Source: Ferroacidibacillus organovorans
Lineage (GTDB): Bacteria; Bacillota; Bacilli; Alicyclobacillales; SLC66
Length of the DNA stretch: 27,041 nt
NCBI RefSeq assembly: GCF_001642725.1
Contig: NZ_LSUQ01000009.1
Span: forward strand, 62,001-89,041
Reading direction: 5' to 3'
Shown here: piece after piece, positions 25,021 through 27,041 of the stretch
Layout: each line of letters starts with the position of its first letter
Numbering within the stretch: the first letter of the stretch is position 1
Notes under the pieces: model-generated
The model's database searches: none
What the model was told of the DNA's origin: nothing
Seen by the model: the letters and a program-made list of their open reading frames with translations, nothing else
Made by a program: the position numbers and the translations under genes

Positions 25021-26058
25021 TCACTTCGCGTATACGTGATCTAGTGTGGACTCTGGTTCTGCGAGCGGCGCCTTTTGGGCGTATTCCGTCGCCTCATCGA
25101 CCACGCTGCGCAATTCCTCGCGAAGCGCGACCTCATCATCTTCCGTCCAAACGCCACAACCGATGAGTTCCGCGCGGAACACTTCAAGTGCATCGTTTCG
25201 CTTTGCTTCCTCAACCTCTTCGCGCGTTCGATAGGAGCGGTCATCGTCGTCGCTTGAGTGCGGATTGATTCGATAAGAAACCGCCTCAATCAGCGTCGGT
25301 CCGTCGCCGTTTAAGCCGCGCAAAACCGCTTGGGAGACCGCTTCATAAACGGCCAACACATCATTTCCATCGACCAGCACCCCCGGCATGCCGTAGCCAA
25401 TGGCGCGATCAGCGACATGCGCACATCCCAGTTGTCGATCCTGTGGAATAGAGATCGCGTAGAGGTTGTTTTCACAAAAAAAGATGACAGGAAGTTTATG
25501 CACGCCGGCAAAGTTCGCCGCCTCGTGAAAATCCCCCTGATTGCTCGACCCTTCCCCAAAAGAAGTGTAGGTCACAAGCTTTTCTCCGCGCATGCGCGCC
25601 GCGAGTGCCATTCCGACCGCGTGCGGGATCTGCGTCGACACGGGACTTGATCCACTCAAGATGTGGTGAGCGCGCGAACTGAAGTGACCCGGCATCTGAC
25701 GGCCGCCGCTGTTCGGATCTTCTGCCTTCGCGTAAGCGCTTAGCATGATGTCGCGCGCGCTCATGCCAAAGTGAAGTACGACACCAAAATCGCGATAATA
25801 CGGCGCAACATAGTCGCGCGTCGGGTCAAGCGCAAACGCTGCGCCGATTTGTGAACCTTCTTGCCCTTTGCACGAAACGACAAACGGAATCTTTCCGGCG
25901 CGGTTCAAAAGCCACATGCGTTCGTCGAGTAAACGCGTCAGAACCATCGTGCGATACATTGCGCGAACATCCTCATCGCGAAGCCCGAGTGCGCGATGGC
26001 GCGGTGTCGCCTCTTCTTGCGATCCATTGTTTGGTTTGACAAGATCCAACTTAGCCAT
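25021..26058 (-). CDS. bkdAA: Branched-chain 2-oxoacid dehydrogenase E1 alpha
   Basis: LLNRAGKIPF, SGGRQMPGH, GEGSSNQGDFHE, CENN, HSSDDDD. Confidence 0.95.
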   Translation of the reverse strand: MAKLDLVKPNNGSQEEATPRHRALGLRDEDVRAMYRTMVLTRLLDERMWLLNRAGKIPFVVSCKGQEGSQIGAAFALDPTRDYVAPYYRDFGVVLHFGMSARDIMLSAYAKAEDPNSGGRQMPGHFSSRAHHILSGSSPVSTQIPHAVGMALAARMRGEKLVTYTSFGEGSSNQGDFHEAANFAGVHKLPVIFFCENNLYAISIPQDRQLGCAHVADRAIGYGMPGVLVDGNDVLAVYEAVSQAVLRGLNGDGPTLIEAVSYRINPHSSDDDDRSYRTREEVEEAKRNDALEVFRAELIGCGVWTEDDEVALREELRSVVDEATEYAQKAPLAEPESTLDHVYAK

Positions 26059-27041
26059 GTATCATCTCTCCCGTCACGCCGAGTGCCGCTTCTCCGATCA
26101 CCTCAGAGAGCGTCGGATGCGGATGAATCGTGTGCCCGATTTCCCAGGGAATGGCATCGAGTACCATTGCAAGGCTTGCCTCCGAGATGAGATCCGTCAC
26201 ATGCGGGCCGATCATGTGCACGCCAAGCAAATCACCCGTGTCGACGTCTGCGAGGATGCGGACAAAACCGTCTGACTCGCCAAAGATGAGCGCCTTGCCA
26301 TTCGCCTTGAAGGAAAACTTCCCAGCCTTGACGTTATGCCCGCGCGCGCGTGCCTCTTTTTCACTGATGCCAACGCTTGCTACTTCCGGTCTACTGTAAG
26401 TGCAACGCGCAACCTGATCATAGTTGATCCGCGCACTGTGAATCCCGGCGATCGTCTCCATTGCGTGAATGCCCTCGTGTGACGCGACGTGCGCCAACTG
26501 CAAACCGCCGATGACATCACCGATCGCATAAATGGTTGGTTCTGCCGTACGCAAATGTTCGTCGACTTCAATCGCGCCGCGTACAACGTTTACACGCGTT
26601 GCCTCAAGCCCGATGTTCTCCACATTCGGACTCCTCCCAATGGCGACAAGCATCACCTCCGCAGATACGCGCTCCCGCCGATCCCCTTGCACAACGTCGA
26701 CTTCGATTCCTGACTCAAGCTTCGCAATGGAAGACACGTCAAGTGTAGCATTGGTTAAAACCGTAATTCCGCGTTTTTTAAATAGTCTCGTCATCTCTCG
26801 GCCAATTTCTTCATCTTCTTGAATAAGAAGGGAAGGCGTCGCTTCAACGACGGTCACACGCGTACCAAAATCCTGAAACATCGATGCCCACTCAACGCCA
26901 ATCGCGCCCCCGCCAACGATCAGGATGGAGGACGGAACGTCTTCCATGGTTAATACATCATCCGAAGAAAGCACTTTTTTCCCGTCAAACGGAAGCCCGG
27001 GAAGCGCGCGCGGACTGGAGCCCGTCGCGATGATGGTACTG
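26051..27041 (-). CDS. lpdV: Dihydrolipoamide dehydrogenase E3 (5' end outside the window)
   Basis: Frame open to the edge (IIATGSSP); GGGAIGVE, AIGD, LAHVASHEG, HPHPTLSE; sits upstream of bkdAA as in bkd operons. Confidence 0.93.
   Translation of the reverse strand, partial: STIIATGSSPRALPGLPFDGKKVLSSDDVLTMEDVPSSILIVGGGAIGVEWASMFQDFGTRVTVVEATPSLLIQEDEEIGREMTRLFKKRGITVLTNATLDVSSIAKLESGIEVDVVQGDRRERVSAEVMLVAIGRSPNVENIGLEATRVNVVRGAIEVDEHLRTAEPTIYAIGDVIGGLQLAHVASHEGIHAMETIAGIHSARINYDQVARCTYSRPEVASVGISEKEARARGHNVKAGKFSFKANGKALIFGESDGFVRILADVDTGDLLGVHMIGPHVTDLISEASLAMVLDAIPWEIGHTIHPHPTLSEVIGEAALGVTGEMIHG

Noticed and set aside
1..27041. Mobile elements, tRNA/rRNA, defence systems
   Set aside because: No transposase, integrase, terminal repeats, cloverleaf or nuclease-like ORFs were seen.

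Overview
Chromosomal window from a spore-forming Bacillota. Firmicute-type SD sites, sigA and sporulation-type promoters, and the qox/bkd operons support this; an acidophilic Alicyclobacillaceae-like source is inference. Left to right: fabV (truncated, absent from the ORF track) coupled to an MscS channel gene; a structured, GGATGG-repeat element; three tiny strong-RBS genes, one Nif11-leader-like; a qoxABCD quinol oxidase operon preceded by two unannotated single-TM microproteins and a sigG-like promoter; an EamA transporter with a candidate translational attenuator; a secreted TVA I-like GH13 amylase with two CBM25-like repeats; an MFS transporter with a leader peptide, terminator and antiterminator; an ATPase-less oppBCA-type operon; a hypothetical membrane protein; a Crp/Fnr regulator divergent from a ring-cleaving dioxygenase; and a minus-strand run lpdV-bkdAA-bkdAB-bkdB-lipA (one-base frameshift), glutaredoxin/DTR-type thioredoxin reductase fusion, DinB, CpsB-like phosphatase. 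No rRNA, tRNA, CRISPR array or mobile element was seen. All family calls are from motif recognition by eye, not database searches.
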